In this document: positions 36,790-50,696 of the stretch, piece after piece
How the letters are laid out: each line of letters starts with the position of its first letter
How positions within the stretch are numbered: the first letter of the stretch is position 1
Source of the DNA: Hemiscyllium ocellatum
Taxonomy: Eukaryota
Direction: 5' to 3'
NCBI RefSeq assembly: GCF_020745735.1
Contig: NW_026867509.1
Span: 1,116,001 to 1,180,000 of the forward strand
Length of the DNA stretch: 64,000 nt
Program-made: the position numbers and the translations under genes
The notes under the pieces: generated by a model
What the model was told of the DNA's origin: nothing
Databases searched by the model: none
Seen by the model: the letters and a program-made list of their open reading frames with translations, nothing else

Positions 36790-39600
36790 TCATATCTGAT
36801 GGCCTTCCACCTCCTCACTGCTGTGTTTGCCACCACTTCCGCCCCCAACAACGCCACTCACCTGTATTCTGCTGACACGCCTCCCACAGATCCCACTGTC
36901 ACCATCCCCACCCCCAGGACCCTATGGGGAACACCTCTCCTGCTCATGACTCCACCCAATTCCCTCTAACACGACGCCCACTCCAGTTACAGGCTCCGCC
37001 CCTACTCCCAGCTCCACATCGACACCAGATCCCAGTTCCCAGCCCTGCTGAGTTCTAACATCCGTCCAGACCTCACATTCACTCAGGACGAACGATCAGT
37101 CCTCAGCAAAGGACTCACTTTCAACCCCATCTGCCCACGTATCAATAAATTTAATACACGCCATGATGTCGAACATTTCTTCTGCCGCCTCTGAGCTTAC
37201 TTTTACAATCAGGTCTCCCACCCACCTTCCGAAGACACCTTCTCCCGCCTCCAACACACTCCATCCAACTGGACACCACGTGCTTGCCTATTACCCGCCC
37301 TTGGCCTCTTCATTTCCAATTGCCGCCGGGACATTAACCGTCTCAACCTATCTACCCCCACTCCCACTCCAACCTCTCACCCTCACAACGGACTGTCCTC
37401 CACTCCCTCTGCTCCAATCTCGACCTCAACATCAAGCCAGTAGATAAAGCGGGTGCAGGGGTAGTCTGGTGCACTGATTTCGACACCACTGAAGACAGAC
37501 ACCAACTCGAGGACACCTCTTCCTACCGCCCCCTCGATCATGACGCCAGCCCCCATCAATGAATCATCATCTCCCAGACCACACAGAACCTCATCACCTC
37601 AGGAGATCTCTCACCCATAGCTTCCAACCTCATAGTCTGGGAACCCCGCACTGCCCGGTTCTACCTCCTTCCCAAAATCCACAAGCCTGACAACCCTGGC
37701 CTAAACATTGTCTCAACATGCTCCTGCCCCACTAAATTCATCTCTACCTACCTCGACACTGTCCTATATCCCCAGTCCAGGAAACCCCCACATACGTTCG
37801 AGACACCACCCATGCCCTCCACCTCCACCATGACTTCAGTTTCCCCGACCCATAACGCCTCATCTTCACCGTGGATATCCAATCCCTCTACGCCTACATC
37901 CGCCTATGACCAGGGCGTCCAAGCCCTCCGTTCCTTCCTCTCCCGACGTCCCCAACAGTACCCTCCACCGACACTCTCATTCGTTTGGCCGAACTGGTCC
38001 TCACCCTTAACAATTTCTCCTTCAAATCCTACCACTTCCTCCCGACCAAAGGGGTAGCCATGGCCACCCGTATGGACCCCAGCTATGCCAGTCTCTTTGT
38101 TGGCAACGTAGAACAGTTGATCTTCCGTAATTACACCGGCACCACACCCCACCTCTTCCTCCGCTACATTGATGACTGCATTGACACCACCTGCGAGAAG
38201 GTTGAGCAATTCAACAACTTCACCAACACATTCCACCTTGACCTTAAATTTTCCTGGATCATCTCTGACGCCTCCCTCCCCTTCCTAGACCCCTTCATCT
38301 CTATTAATGACGACCGACTTGGCACCAACATTCTTTTACAAACACACCGACTCCCACAGCTACCTAGGTAATACCTCTTCTCACCCTACCTCCTGCAAAA
38401 ATACCATCCCGTACTTCTAATTCCTCAGCATCCGCCTTATCTGCTCCGAGGAGGACAAGTTCCACCACAGAACACACCAGATGGCCTCCTTCTTTAGAGA
38501 CCGCAATTTTCCTTCCCACGTGGTTAAAGATGCCCTCCAACGCATCTCGTCCACATCCTACACTACCGCCCTCAGACCCCACCCCTCCAACCATAACAAG
38601 GATAGAACCCCCCTGGTGCTCACCATCCATCCTACCAAATATCTCATAAACCAAATGATCCACCGACATTTCCACCACCACCAAACGGACACCACCACCA
38701 GGGACATATTTCCCTCCCCACCCCTTTACACCTTCCACAAAGACCGTTCCATTCGTGACTACCTGTTCAGGTCCACGCCCCCCAACAACCCACCCTCCCG
38801 CCCTGGCACCTTCCCCTGCCACCGTAGGAATAGCAAAACCTGCTCCCACACCTCCTCCCTCACCTCCATCCAAGGCATGAAAGGAGCCTACCGCATCCAT
38901 CAAAGTTTTACTTGCACATCCACCAATATCATTTACTGTTTCATTGCTCCCGATGCGGTCTCATCTACACTGGGGAGATTGGACGCCTCCTAGCACAGTG
39001 CTTTAGGGAACACCTCTGGAACAACCGCACCAATCAACCACACCGCCCTGTGGTCCAACATTTCAACTCCCCCTTCCACTCTGCCAAGGACATGGAGGTC
39101 CTGGGCCTCCTTCACCGCTGCTCTCTCACCACCCGACGCCTGGAGGAAGAACGCCTCACCTTCTGCCTCGGAACACTCCAACCCCAGGGACTCAATGTGG
39201 ACTTCACCAGTTTCCTCATTTCCCCTTCCTCCACTTCACCCCAGTTCCAACTTCCTGCTCAGCACTGTCCTCATGACTTGTCCTACCTGCCTATCTTCTT
39301 TTCCCCCTATCCACTCCACCCTCCTCTCTGATCTATCACCTTCATCCCACCCCCATCCAGCCATTGTACTCTTTGCTACCTTCCCCACCCTCCTCCCTGA
39401 CCTAACACCTTCACCCCCACCCCCACTCACCCACTGTACTCTATGCTATTTTCTTCCCACCCCCACCCTCCTCTCATTTATCTCTCCACCCTTCAGGCAC
39501 TCTGCCTGTATTCCTGATGAAGTAGTTTTGCCCGAAACGTCGATTTTCCTGCTCCTCGGATGTTGCCTGAAATGCTGTGCTTTTCCAGCGCCACTCGAAT
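36790..39600 (+). mobile_element. Near full-length decayed Penelope-like element (RT plus GIY-YIG), C-rich strand
   Basis: RT motifs GVAMATRMDPSYASLFVG and HLFLRYIDDCI. GIY-YIG region HQSFTCTSTNIIYC/HCSRCGLIYTGEIGRLLAQCFREHL...GTLQPQGLNVDF. 3' tail cctgatgaag...cccgaaacgtcg. Confidence 0.92.
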
Positions 39601-41270
39601 GCAGAAACTGTACTCTTACTTCATTGCCAAAATTTAATTCAAGTGGACTGAATTTTGAGGATGCAACCCGTGCATCTCTGATCGCAAAATGCACAAACGG
39701 AATTTTGTTATCCCAATCATCGAGATACTCTTGATTATAAGCCCTCAACATGGCCTGTAATACATGATGCTGCCCTTCTCGCACTATCTGCATTCTGGAT
39801 GTTACGCAGTAGATTTAAATTGTTTTATTCCTAAATTGTCCATAACTTCCTTACATAATTTTGATGTGATGTTATCCTGTGATCTGATTTTTTTTCTGTT
39901 GGTAGTCCGTAACCCGTGAAAAATTTGAATAATTCCTTTCCAATACTTTTACATATGATATTGCATACTGGAACACACTTGGGAATCTAGTCGACACATG
40001 CATTATTGTGAGCAACGAACTGTATTCCTGGAGACGAGAGTTTGCCCAGTACTCCTTCCACGAATTCTCCATTCTTCACTGGACACTCTAAACTAACTTT
40101 ACATAATTGAGCACTTCTTGTCTCGCCGTTAATTCTGTTACTAGTACTTTATTTCACAACAGTCCTTCAAAAGTACATATAGAATATAAACACAGAACAA
40201 TACAGCGCAGAACAGGCTCTTCGCCCCTCGATGTTGCGCCAACCTGTGAACTGTTCTCAGCTCGTCCCGCTACACTATCCCAAAATCATCCATGTGCTTT
40301 TCTAAGGATTGTTTAAATCTCCCTAATGTGGCTGAGTTGACTATATTAGCAGGAAGGAGATTCCAAGCCCTTACCACTCTCTACGTAAGGAACGTGCCGC
40401 TGACATCTGTCTTAAATCTATCACCCCTCAATTTGTAGTTATGCCCTCTCATACAAGCTGGCGTCATCATTCTAGGAAAAAATATTTCACTGTCTACTCT
40501 ATCTAATCCTCTGATCATCTTGCATCATCTCCTCATCAGGCAGCATCAGAGACTGAAAGGATCCTGTGTAACTTAATATTGTAACCTCTTCACCTGCTGT
40601 TCGTGGCCAATGTGAATAAACCTTACCTTCACAGTATAAGGTGGAAGAAGATCTGGAATTTACGCTGTAACCAAACTCCGACCGGCTTGTACACTCTAGT
40701 GCAGCTTTCTAGCCTCCATTGTGCTTTCTGTCACCACAACAGCACAATTCACTACCTTATTTTGTTTTCCCGCATCATCGCAGTGTTACTGCTCAACCAC
40801 TAACATTGTGATTTCATGTAGCCTACTTCTTTGCAGTGAAAATACTGGATATTTTGAACTTCTCCGTCCCCTTCAATGGTTTCCTTATGATCTTCACCGA
40901 CATCTACTTTCCCCTTTCCACGTGAAGCATTCTCTTTTTTCAAATTTCCATCTCTCACGGATTGAAATTGATTATGGAAGCCAAACATTGTGTTATGGAC
41001 GAAATTATCATCATCACCCATTTCAACTGCTTGTTTCATTTACGACCTCTCTAAAACAAAATGCATAATCTTGCCAAAGGAGCAACTTTGTCATAGAAGA
41101 CACACATTCTAAAACCCTACTTTCAGCGATCTGCTGTCTTGGGTTATCGGATGGTTGCACTTTGCTGATAAGTGTTAGTATCTCAGTGTCATTAGAGCAA
41201 AGATAACTTTCACCCAATATCTTCCATCAATTGGAAACTATTCCTCAGATTTCCGGTAATCTTGCTCTGA
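39600..41270 (-). mobile_element. Decayed Gypsy (Gmr1-type) internal fragment: gag Zn-knuckle and integrase core
   Basis: FHCKEVGYMKSQC knuckle near 40810-40850; HHVLQAMLRAYNQEYLDDWDNKIPFVHFAIRDARVASSKFSPLELNFG integrase core at 39610-39790. A CR1 tail is inserted at about 40180-40520. Confidence 0.8.
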
Positions 41271-44200
41271 AGACTCTTTTTCTCTATCTGCATCACTTCT
41301 TACTTTTGTTACAGGTTATCCTGATACAAAGCTAATTTATGCGGCTCAAATTGTCCATGCACTATCACCCGATAATTCTTCATGTTACAAAATCAAAGGA
41401 GTGTATGCTCACTTGAAGACAGATTGTGCGTTCTGAATTTTAAAGTAAATTTGAAGTACAGCCACAACTGCTGGAATACAGAACAGCGAAGTTACTGGCT
41501 GTTCCAAAGTGGCGACATGTAACAAATGGCTTAAATGAATAGCTGAATTTTGGTTGTTGTTTTGACAATAAGACATACTTAACCAATTAATTTAAGCTGT
41601 ACCCAGGTTACTAAACTGATTAAGTTTGAATCTCTTGTATTGACAGCAGCGGACCAATGAGAGCCAAGAAGTATGCAAAGTAAAAAAAATCTTTATTTCT
41701 TAAAGTTTAACGGAGAATGATTAACTAACCATTATGTGCAATTTATTTCTCTAACCTATCTGCGACTTTCCCTTCTATAATACAAGTCCAATAAACTCAC
41801 AATTAAGATTTAGAAAACGACACTTATCTCAAAACCTGGCAGCTTTAGGTTCTTGTCTTCGGATCTGTCTGTGTCTTCTTTTCTTCTTGTTAGGAATATC
41901 TGCTTACAAGTTAATGATCGAAAAATACTTTAAGAGAGACATTTTTCAATCAGTCTGTTACATTCCTCGGACTTGACCGTTATTTCCTCAACTATTCAAT
42001 TTTCCCCGATCATATACCCCAGTGCACCGAATGCTGTCATTAGCTTTTAACATCGTCAATATACTCAATTGAACCTTGATTGGGAATTGGCATTTTTCTT
42101 GGTATAATTTAAACAGATTGGCTGAATTCGAATTTGTTCATGTCTCTAGGCATCGAACTAATCGAGTTGCTTGACCCAGTGTTACATTGAGAAAACTTGG
42201 TGCTGTCTCTGGTAGTTCTGCTGTTTTAACTGTCCTAAAAGCACACTAACATTTTCATAACAGCTTCATGTCATTGTGTCTGTCAGTGTCCTGTAAACTG
42301 TTGGACAGCCGCTACTCACTGATGGTATACCTCAGGTGACGCAACTGACGATTTTCCAGATTGATTCTCTGTTGTTTTGAACAAACAGATCAAATCAGTT
42401 CACCTACCATCTGGGCTCTTCTCTCAGAGAGCGCTGGGTATCTCTGCGCCACACAGTCTGCAGAGTAGCAGAGAAATAGCGGAGCCATCCTGACAATGTA
42501 TGTTGAGAATTCCAGTTCGTGCCCATCAGAGAGCGACATCACATGGAGAAACTGAAACAGCAGTTCAGTCTTCAGAATGCGAATCACAGTGTTATCAGTC
42601 CAAAAACAAAATAAAGCACAACATTCACCAAGAATAGCCGAGGACCAGTTGTTAGTTTAATTTGCAATAAAATTATATTATAAAATAATTTGTGATGCAT
42701 TTCAAAACAGTTAGTTGTTTAGTGATGAGCACCCATAGAAATAACTGGGGATCTCTTCATCCAGCTTTGTGATCACGGATACCTAAGACATTTGTCCAAC
42801 GACTGCAATGCTATAAGTGCATCTCTCAGCTAAGCATTCATGACCTTCACTGGCCTCTTTCTTCTGTCAATTGTTTTACTATTTTACAGGAAGTTACAGT
42901 ATGTGAAAAAGACCTACGATCATTTCAGTGAATACTACCTGGAATTACTTACTCTTCCATCCGTCATACTGCGTTGACTCATGATGATAGACTCTGTATA
43001 TGCATATTATATGTATTCGTATGACATTCCTCTATATCTACAGAAGTTTAAACCGCAACTAATAATGAGGCCGTATCAATGTCTTTGCAGTCTGTGTTTG
43101 TTACCGAGAGAGACACTGCATTATTGAACAGCACCACTGCAGTAGCAGGAGAAATCCTATACTGTCCTCCATTCAGTTGGCACCATTGTCTGATATGAAT
43201 ATGCAGGGTCCAATCCACACATCGTCTACTTGTAAAGGCAGGTGAGCGGACCACTAATTGTAATGAGACTAAATCTATATCTATCAGAAAGACAGCGTCT
43301 AAACACTCATGCAGAAATGCATTCATATATATTTAGGACTGATGGCTAACTTCATCAAATACGATTAAAATAATTAGGTTATCGAGTAACCTAAGTATAA
43401 ATGCGCATGACAGCATTGGTTAAAATTTTCTTATTTTCCAACACAACCACCAGTATGATCAGAAACATGCCAGAGGGTTTATCTGGCAGTGAATTTCCTA
43501 GCATCAGGCTGCAGATAGAGTTAAAAGAAATCGACAACACTTTCAAAAACATAGAAGAGTTTGATGTGCCTCACTCCAAATTAAATGTTTCGGAATTCTG
43601 ATTCCACCAAGTATCTTTGCAATCAATTGAACAGTAACCACGTGCAGGGTGGACATAGACCTCGAGGTTTAACCTTCGTTCTTTCTAATCCATTTTCTCC
43701 AAGCACATCTGGGAGCCATCACAATAATTCATTAAGCTATGAGTTGGCAGTTTTTCCGGCCACACCATCCATTTGCTGCTGGCATTTGACCCGCTTGCAT
43801 TACTGGGAATATTGCTTCCACTGTTTCATTGCTGTTGTTGTTTGCACAATAGAGAACTCAATTCACAAAAATGTCGTCAAAATGTTCATATAGTAATTCC
43901 AGGCTCCTCGATGCTTCATCTAACAAGGCAAACATCAATCTCTTCCAATGCATGCATCAATCACAAGCCATCAATACTAAATTCCAGAATTAAGATCTCA
44001 TAAACAAAATCAGAAATTGTCGCTCAATCAAGATGTCATTTTCGAAGTTGTTGCTGCCATTTTTTCTCAGCATGCAGAGATTATAATTGCACAACAATGA
44101 CGAAGTGTTGACATTTTATAGTCAGAAATAAAGAAGAAATGAGGAATTTTACAAGGTAAATGGATAAGCAAAAATATTGTAGACAAGATACAAATTACAC

Positions 44201-45229
44201 TCAAATATAAACGGGATATCTCACTACTAAGTGCCTTTAGAGAGCAATAAACAAGAAATAAAGCACAAAATGAAATGAATGAAATACGTACTCAATGAAG
44301 TACGTGTCTTAATAATGTCATTTTCAGAAAGCTGTGTTGTGCTTACCAACATATTTCCACATGGCTAAAAAGAAAGGACAGTGGATTGATGTTTTCACTC
44401 GATTAAATTAAGGTAGTGGCATATTCTATTCTGAATACAATTGTACAGGAAGATGATTCAAACGTAAGTATTTTGGGGAACATGACCATCGCCTTGAGCC
44501 TCACCCTTTTAGTTTTCATCGCACCAACCTAATTCAGATCATGAATTTTATTTTGATTTACATTGCAATATGCATTTGGGTACATGAAGAAAGGAACCGA
44601 TTGAGAGATGACCAAGTGACGGACATTGTCAGCCAACTCTCTTCGGTATCAACTGTCTCTACAAATAAACATCACAGGGGTTTGAACGGGCACAGATCCT
44701 GTCGGTGAAAGATAGAGAGAAAGAAAACGAAAACAGAAAATAGAGATTTAGATTCAACCTGAAATAAATAGAATGAGAAATCACAAACTGAGGGATCCGA
44801 AGGTAAACAAGCAACGCACACCAACAAGGAGGAAATGCAAAAGGATCACAAAAAAGGCGACTGGAGAAATAAGCATAAAATCGTTGAAAATAGTGAGCAG
44901 AAAACACAATTGCTTCCACAATCTCCAAAAATATCATACATCTTCTCTCAGTTACTCTACAGATAACGATATTCAACAATACTTCATGCTTTGTCGTGCA
45001 GAATACTTTGCATAGAGACAACACAAGAGGACGCCAGAGTCAAGCATATAGCACATTCTCTCAACTAATACTAGAGCAGCAAAACATCGCCAGTCTCTTC
45101 TTCAGCTTCCCTTTGCTGACCTCGGTCTGGCCAAGTTGCCAATTTAGTTCGTCATTCATTGGATTAGACATAAATTGGGTGAGGGAATGTACTTTTGTTC
45201 TGACGATGGGCATTTTAGACTGCACTGTG

Positions 45230-45501
45230 GAATCACACCACAATATGCAGAAGCTTCTTTTTCTGCTCCTGATCATTTTAATATTTCCCAGTATTACTTC
45301 TCCTTTCCAGCATATATCCATTCTCTTCGAGTGTTGTGACAAACGTATTTTTACAGGTTGGATATGAACGTAGTAAATGGTGGCGACCATGATGATTATT
45401 GGACGTGGTTTTCGCTTTGAGTGGAACCATCAAGCAACTTTGGAACGGCTGGTCCCTGAAATGGTGGTTCAAGTTGGAAGAATGGTCGCAGTAACCCGCA
45501 G
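45230..45501 (-). pseudogene. Decayed V relic with RSS (CACAGTG-24-ACAAAAGTA at 45229-45190)
   Basis: Acceptor ttttttaag|45501, start AGYCD, frameshifted WFH...; 3' end ILK*SGAEKEASAYCGVI directly followed by a perfect heptamer. Confidence 0.5.
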
Positions 45502-46059
45502 CTTAAAAAAAAGTTGCAATCAAACGTAGATGTACTTCAAATGTCTTCATCTTAGACAACCTCTACGGAATGTTATTCGTTATATAGGAAAGAATGTAAA
45601 AAGGAATCCAAACGTCACAGAACGTTTCTCGTCAACGTTTGAGAGCATTGTCAACACGACCAAACTGACATACAACAACACTCTTATTTCTGAGTCTACA
45701 GTCTAATTCTGTACTATGTATCTCACAGTGCTTTAGAGATGGAGCAGAATCCCTAGACAAAAATAAACGCCATTGTATTCAATTATTGCTTAGAAATGCG
45801 AGATCTCGCAACTAGCAATTAGAATCGGCTGTCCATTGCCTACCAAAGGCTTGTTTGGTGTTAGAATATTCATTTTGTCTTTCATTTATCACCTGCTATG
45901 CTACTTTATCACGTGATATAAAATCTTCAAAGATGACTAACCGACGTTATTATTATCAAAATTAATTACGTCGCAACTAACAATGAAGATTTATAGCAAT
46001 CAGAGTTTACATTTATTTCATGCGAATTAACTGGTCAATCAGAAGGAATAGATTTTTAG

Positions 46060-46260
46060 GACGTTGTGGGGTGGGTCCTCATGATATCTCTTTCGCCTGT
46101 GACCTGCAATCGGGCGTTCATTATCTGTGTGGCAGTTTAAATTCCAAGAACAATGCACCAAGGATCAGACCAATGTCAAATTGGGAATATTACCCAACGT
46201 ATTGATTTACAAACTCGGCGCCCCGGCTGTCTGACACCATGGTGCATTACAGTGCAGAGT
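46060..46260 (+). pseudogene. Decayed, internally deleted V relic
   Basis: Leader-like exon ending TTAACTG|gt near 46033, acceptor ttttag|46060, 3' end TNSAPRLSDTMVHYSAE resembling LSDTAVYYCA. No recognisable RSS. Confidence 0.35.
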
Positions 46261-47299
46261 CTGTTTGTAATATGAATGAGGGAACATTGGTTCAAGGACC
46301 AGGATTAGACTACGTGACACCTAGATTGTGCTTCACTTTTAAATAAAATCATGACCGTTCTGATTGTAACCAGACATAGAATTCCAATTGAACTTCTAAG
46401 ACCTTTCACCCTCTTGTTTATCAATAACCCATCTACTTGAACCTTGTAAAAGTTCAAATAGACAACGTCTGACGGTTGTTCAGGATGTGAGTTCAAAAGA
46501 TTAATAACATCTGAAAACCGCACGTGGAGGAAACATCTGGTATAGTTTAACCCGTAGTGGAAATCTGCATGAAATTGCGAAGGGCAAGATAATGGATGCC
46601 CTGCCGGTGTCTTGTCGATTCTCAATACATCCGAAAGTCTTGTGGGCTCTGCTGGCCACGAAGATGATGCTCAAGTGCCTTCCACCAGGTCCACTCAGCT
46701 CCTGAACCTATTGCATCCTTTGTCCAAACGTACAAAAATAACAGACACGGTGTGAAAATTGTTTTCCTGCACATCAGGAAGGAATTTGATAGAGTATGGT
46801 ATAAAAGAACTCTCGCAAACGTGAGCGAGTGGGGATGGGGCTGAAACTCTCTGATGGATTCAATTTGAAAGAAGTACTCAGTTTTTTCCAAGGAGACATT
46901 CATTGAACATGAGGTATTGACTAGCATTGATATACTGCTCAGGTGAAAGGTTCGTTTACCACCTTATAAACTTTCATAGCACATTTGATTTTCGTGCCTT
47001 GTTTTACATTTGTGGCTGCATGCATGCGTGCATGAACGAGTCGATATATATCTGTCACTTGGTCATGACTGTGTCTGAGTTTTTATCAAAGGTTGGCTGC
47101 TGGCCACAGGAGGGCACTGTATGATTATTTGTTGAAGATCATTATTTCCCGTCATGTGGTTGTTCGAAAAAAATGAAAATGGGCGGGGTGATAAAGGCTA
47201 ATCAAACACACCACATCCCCGGCTATTGGAATTTCTTCAGTTCCAGATATGGTACGGAGAGTGATTAGTGTCTCAGCTTCTGGAGATCAGTTGGGAATA

Positions 47300-47780
47300 A
47301 TGGGATTAAAACTCTGCCTGACTCTGGGTATTCTCTTATTCGCAGGTTTGTTCAGGTGACTCTACAGGCGACATGCCCAAATACCCATTGTATTTTCAAA
47401 TTCAATCTACAGGGGATTAGCCCTTTCTCATTCTGTCTCTAACCCACTGTGTGTCGCTTTTTAATTTCAGAGTTGAGTAATGCAGACTTAGTGTTCCAGT
47501 CACAACAACGGGTCGAAGCATTAATGGGTGAAGACTCAGTAATAACCTGTAATTACTCGGTATCTGCTGCAACTGCAAGCTACTACATGTTCTGGTACTC
47601 CCAGTATTCACAGGAAGCTCCTCGATATCTTCTCAGAGCCGATAGTTATGGATTTAATGAGACGGCTCACGGCTTTGAACGCTTCCATGCGAAACTCAAT
47701 CGGGACAAAGGCACTTTCCACTTATCAGTGAAAAACTTGAAGCTGACAGACAGTGCCGTGTATTACTGTGCATTTCGACC
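47300..47780 (+). CDS. TCR alpha/delta V segment, intact leader plus V exon
   Basis: Leader 47300-47345 MGLKLCLTLGILLFA, intron GT..TTTCAG. Exon 2 from 47471: LSNADLVFQSQQRVEALMGEDSVITCNYSVSAATASYYMFWYSQYSQEAPRYLL...FHLSVKNLKLTDSAVYYCAFRP. Confidence 0.95.
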
Positions 47781-47819
47781 CACAGTGAATGGAAGTGCCT
47801 AGTCCCCTGCACAAAATCT
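47781..47819 (+). other. 23-RSS (CACAGTG-23-ACAAAATCT)
   Basis: Heptamer 47781-47787, spacer 47788-47810, nonamer 47811-47819. Confidence 0.93.
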
Positions 47820-49075
47820 GTGTCAGGTTGACAATCAAGGGCATCAGGAGAGAAAAATACAAACGCATTGGAAAAACAGTGAGATTCATTGGCGGTGTTT
47901 AGTGTGGAACATGAAATATCCTAAGTGATTAAAACCCTTTGGATGTGGAGTAGATGAAATTACTTCTTGGCGACAATGGAACTAAGAGGCAAACCTTTTA
48001 AAATTTCCACACTGTCACTTAAATGGAGATGATGACATGTTTTACTTCTCCCTTAGAGCGTCGTTTCTCTTTGGAATTCATATTTGTCATAAAAGTGCTG
48101 TTTGGGCCATTGAATATATTCAAGGTGGAATTGCACAGAAAATTGATTTATGAGAGAGAAATGCATTCTGAGGCCAGACATGGAAGAAGAGCTGAGGCCA
48201 TAATCAGAGCAGCTGTGATATTCTGAAATGGTGAAGCGGGGTCAAAGGAATGAATGACATACTGCTGCGCCTTTCCAACTTCTATAGAACTTAGGTGTGA
48301 GTAAGTTTTTTTTTAAAATTTCTAAAACGTCTGGATCGTGTTCCATCCAAAAACTGCAATCTTTTGAAAGTGATGTAATTCAAAAGCATGACTAGGGACA
48401 TTGGGTTTCAAGCCTCTGGGGTCACAGTAGAGACTGGTAGAAGTTATGAACTTTCCACAGCAAGGTGGCTCCAAGTGTAAGACTCCACAGTTTGGAGGTG
48501 GATGACGAATTTTCATTTCCTTCCTGGTCTTTTCACTGTAATGATTAATTGAGCACCTTTGCTGCAGACGTTGACTTAGACCTGAGTATTTAATAAATTT
48601 TGCATTACGTCTCGTTTCAGTTTACCTATAGAGAGCTATTTGCTTCCTTGAGTACATAGCCATTCAGCTTGAAATGAAATTGAAATAAACCAAGAAAGAA
48701 ACATAATGTCTGAAAGTTTGAGACGGAGCAAGTGGGTGAGAAAACCATAACGATATCAGGTAAATGATTGCAGACATTCAACTGCAATTAACCATGAAGG
48801 AATCATATATTGTTGAAGTAAGAGAAACCAGTCAATCGGAACAAAGAAAAGAGTCCTCAATTGACTCGGAATTGAAGCCTATTTTTGATCTGGGTTCAGT
48901 CACGTCAAAATAAATCAAGAAGTGAATGGTTTGCTGTCGAGCATTATGCCACGTATTCCGTATATGCCTTGCTGCTCATGATAATGGCTGTGCTAACTGG
49001 TTAGCCTGAGTTAATTAAATCAAAGTGCATTTCATCAGTTGATTGACAGATGTTTAACACCTTATGCTTTTTTAG

Positions 49076-49420
49076 AGGAAGGTATTGCCTAGATTCGCTT
49101 TCATTGAATATACTTAAGCTAACGTTTCAGCAAGGCCAGATAGGTTCTAAAATATCTTTACCCAACAAAATACAGTACATCATCAGCCAAATTGACCATT
49201 CAGGTTCCTGTGGAAACTCCGAGATATTTACTGGGAAGATTCGACATGGAACAGGGCGATCGGTCTACAGATTCCTCACACAGGATTTCTGCTACTCTTG
49301 AAAAAGGAAACAAAGCATGTTCTTCAAAGATCGCTTCTGCTCGTGTCTCTTACGCTGCAATATATAACTGTGTGCTGACCACACACTGACAGGAAGTCAC
49401 TGGAGCTCTGGACAAAAACC
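49076..49420 (+). pseudogene. V pseudogene with well-preserved 23-RSS (CACACTG-23-ACAAAAACC, 49382-49420)
   Basis: Frameshifted body ...ETPRYLLGRFDMEQGDRSTDSSHRISATLEKGNKACSSKIASARVSYAAIYNCVLT, then a consensus nonamer at exact spacing. Confidence 0.8.
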
Positions 49421-50132
49421 GACAACGCAATCATACTCTACCCCACCCCCAATGCACACACACAAACAGATCAATGAGCACTATTTTAAGCTCTTAATAC
49501 ATTCAAATGCAAACTACAAAGGTCAGCTATTGTGAATGATTTCCTTCTGAACTTCATTTTTGTGTTTTGCCCTAAATCCCTTCTTAGTTTGGTTTTAAGT
49601 GTTGTTCATCCTTGGCAAACGATACTCTTAATGGCGAGCTAGGGCACTGTTACGATAAGCTATTGCACATCAATGATTGAGATAAAAGACTGTATCCGTT
49701 AAAAGGCCCATAATTAGATTAAATACCTATTTTACTTATATTCAGTACATCAGAAGGGGAGCCATTGCACTATCTTTGAATTTCTTTCCCAATGATTTTG
49801 ATAGGTTAGTCAAAGAAAAATATATATTCGGGAGTTGTGCTGCGCAATGAATGCTTGGTGGCGAATCATGGTCTAATTAAGTCGTGGAGCACATTCGAAG
49901 TGTTGCTGAACAGTTCTCTGACATTAAGACAGGAGAACGAAATGCCTTGAACTTACTGGATGCTGCCTGGCGACGCTGATGTGAAAGAACCAGTCGGCAG
50001 TAAGACCGGATATGACAGAATATCAACCGTTGAAGTCCCTTAACTTCATTTCGGAGTGTTCAATCCCCTCACAGAGCAGAGATAATTCAGGTCCAGTTCC
50101 CACTGTTCAAACTCCCCATTTGTTTGGCAAAC

Positions 50133-50657
50133 ATGTTGTGTGTTACGTTTTATGCATTGGTAACATGTGCAGCATTCTTAACTGGTATGTACAAGAAGTT
50201 GAAAATGTTGCTGATAATTGATAATGTCAATACATGGTGACCTTACATGTCGCTACTGTTTCCTCTGTATGTGCGATGTATTTTCGCGTCTTGTTGACAT
50301 TATTTGGTTAAAACGTAAATGTGAAACTTAATTTTTCAATTTTGTTTCAGGTGTTAATTGTGCAGACTGGATTTCACAAGAGCTGACTGCACCAAAAGTA
50401 TTCGAAGGAAACTCAGTGACCATTCATTTCAGATACTCGACCAAATCTGCATCATATTCCTTACAGCTGTATCGCCAGTACCACGGACAAGCTCTCACGT
50501 TCTTGATATACATCCCTAACTATGGAGATCCTTTCAGAGCAGACGGAGTGGGGACTCGATTTTCATCGTCTCTGGACACTTCGAACAGCAAAGGAAATTT
50601 CACCATTGGTGAGCTGCAGCTGTCTGACAGCGCGGTGTATTACTGCGGACTGAAAGA
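50133..50657 (+). CDS. TCR alpha/delta V segment, intact leader plus V exon, non-canonical (Cys23>Phe, Trp41>Leu)
   Basis: Leader 50133-50184 MLCVTFYALVTCAAFLT, donor GTATGT, acceptor TTTCAG. Exon 2 from 50351: VNCADWISQELTAPKVFEGNSVTIHFRYSTKSASYSLQLYRQYHGQALTFLIYIPNYG...GNFTIGELQLSDSAVYYCGLK. Confidence 0.93.
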
Positions 50658-50696
50658 CACAGTGACATGACCCAGAGGGAGCTTCGTACAAAAACT
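50658..50696 (+). other. 23-RSS (CACAGTG-23-ACAAAAACT)
   Basis: Heptamer 50658-50664, spacer 50665-50687, nonamer 50688-50696. Confidence 0.95.

Noticed and set aside
38364-39734. Long Gly-rich or Pro-rich ORFs up to 179 aa
   Set aside because: Antisense or alternative frames of the C-rich Penelope-like element, not host genes.
42585-42615. CACAGTG followed by an A-rich nonamer-like sequence
   Set aside because: The spacer would be 8 or 14 bp and the upstream sequence is not V- or D-like.
43048-43326. Minus-strand ORF with SLSVTNTDCKDIDTASLLVAV resembling V FR3
   Set aside because: No YYC and no RSS; similarity could be chance or extreme decay.
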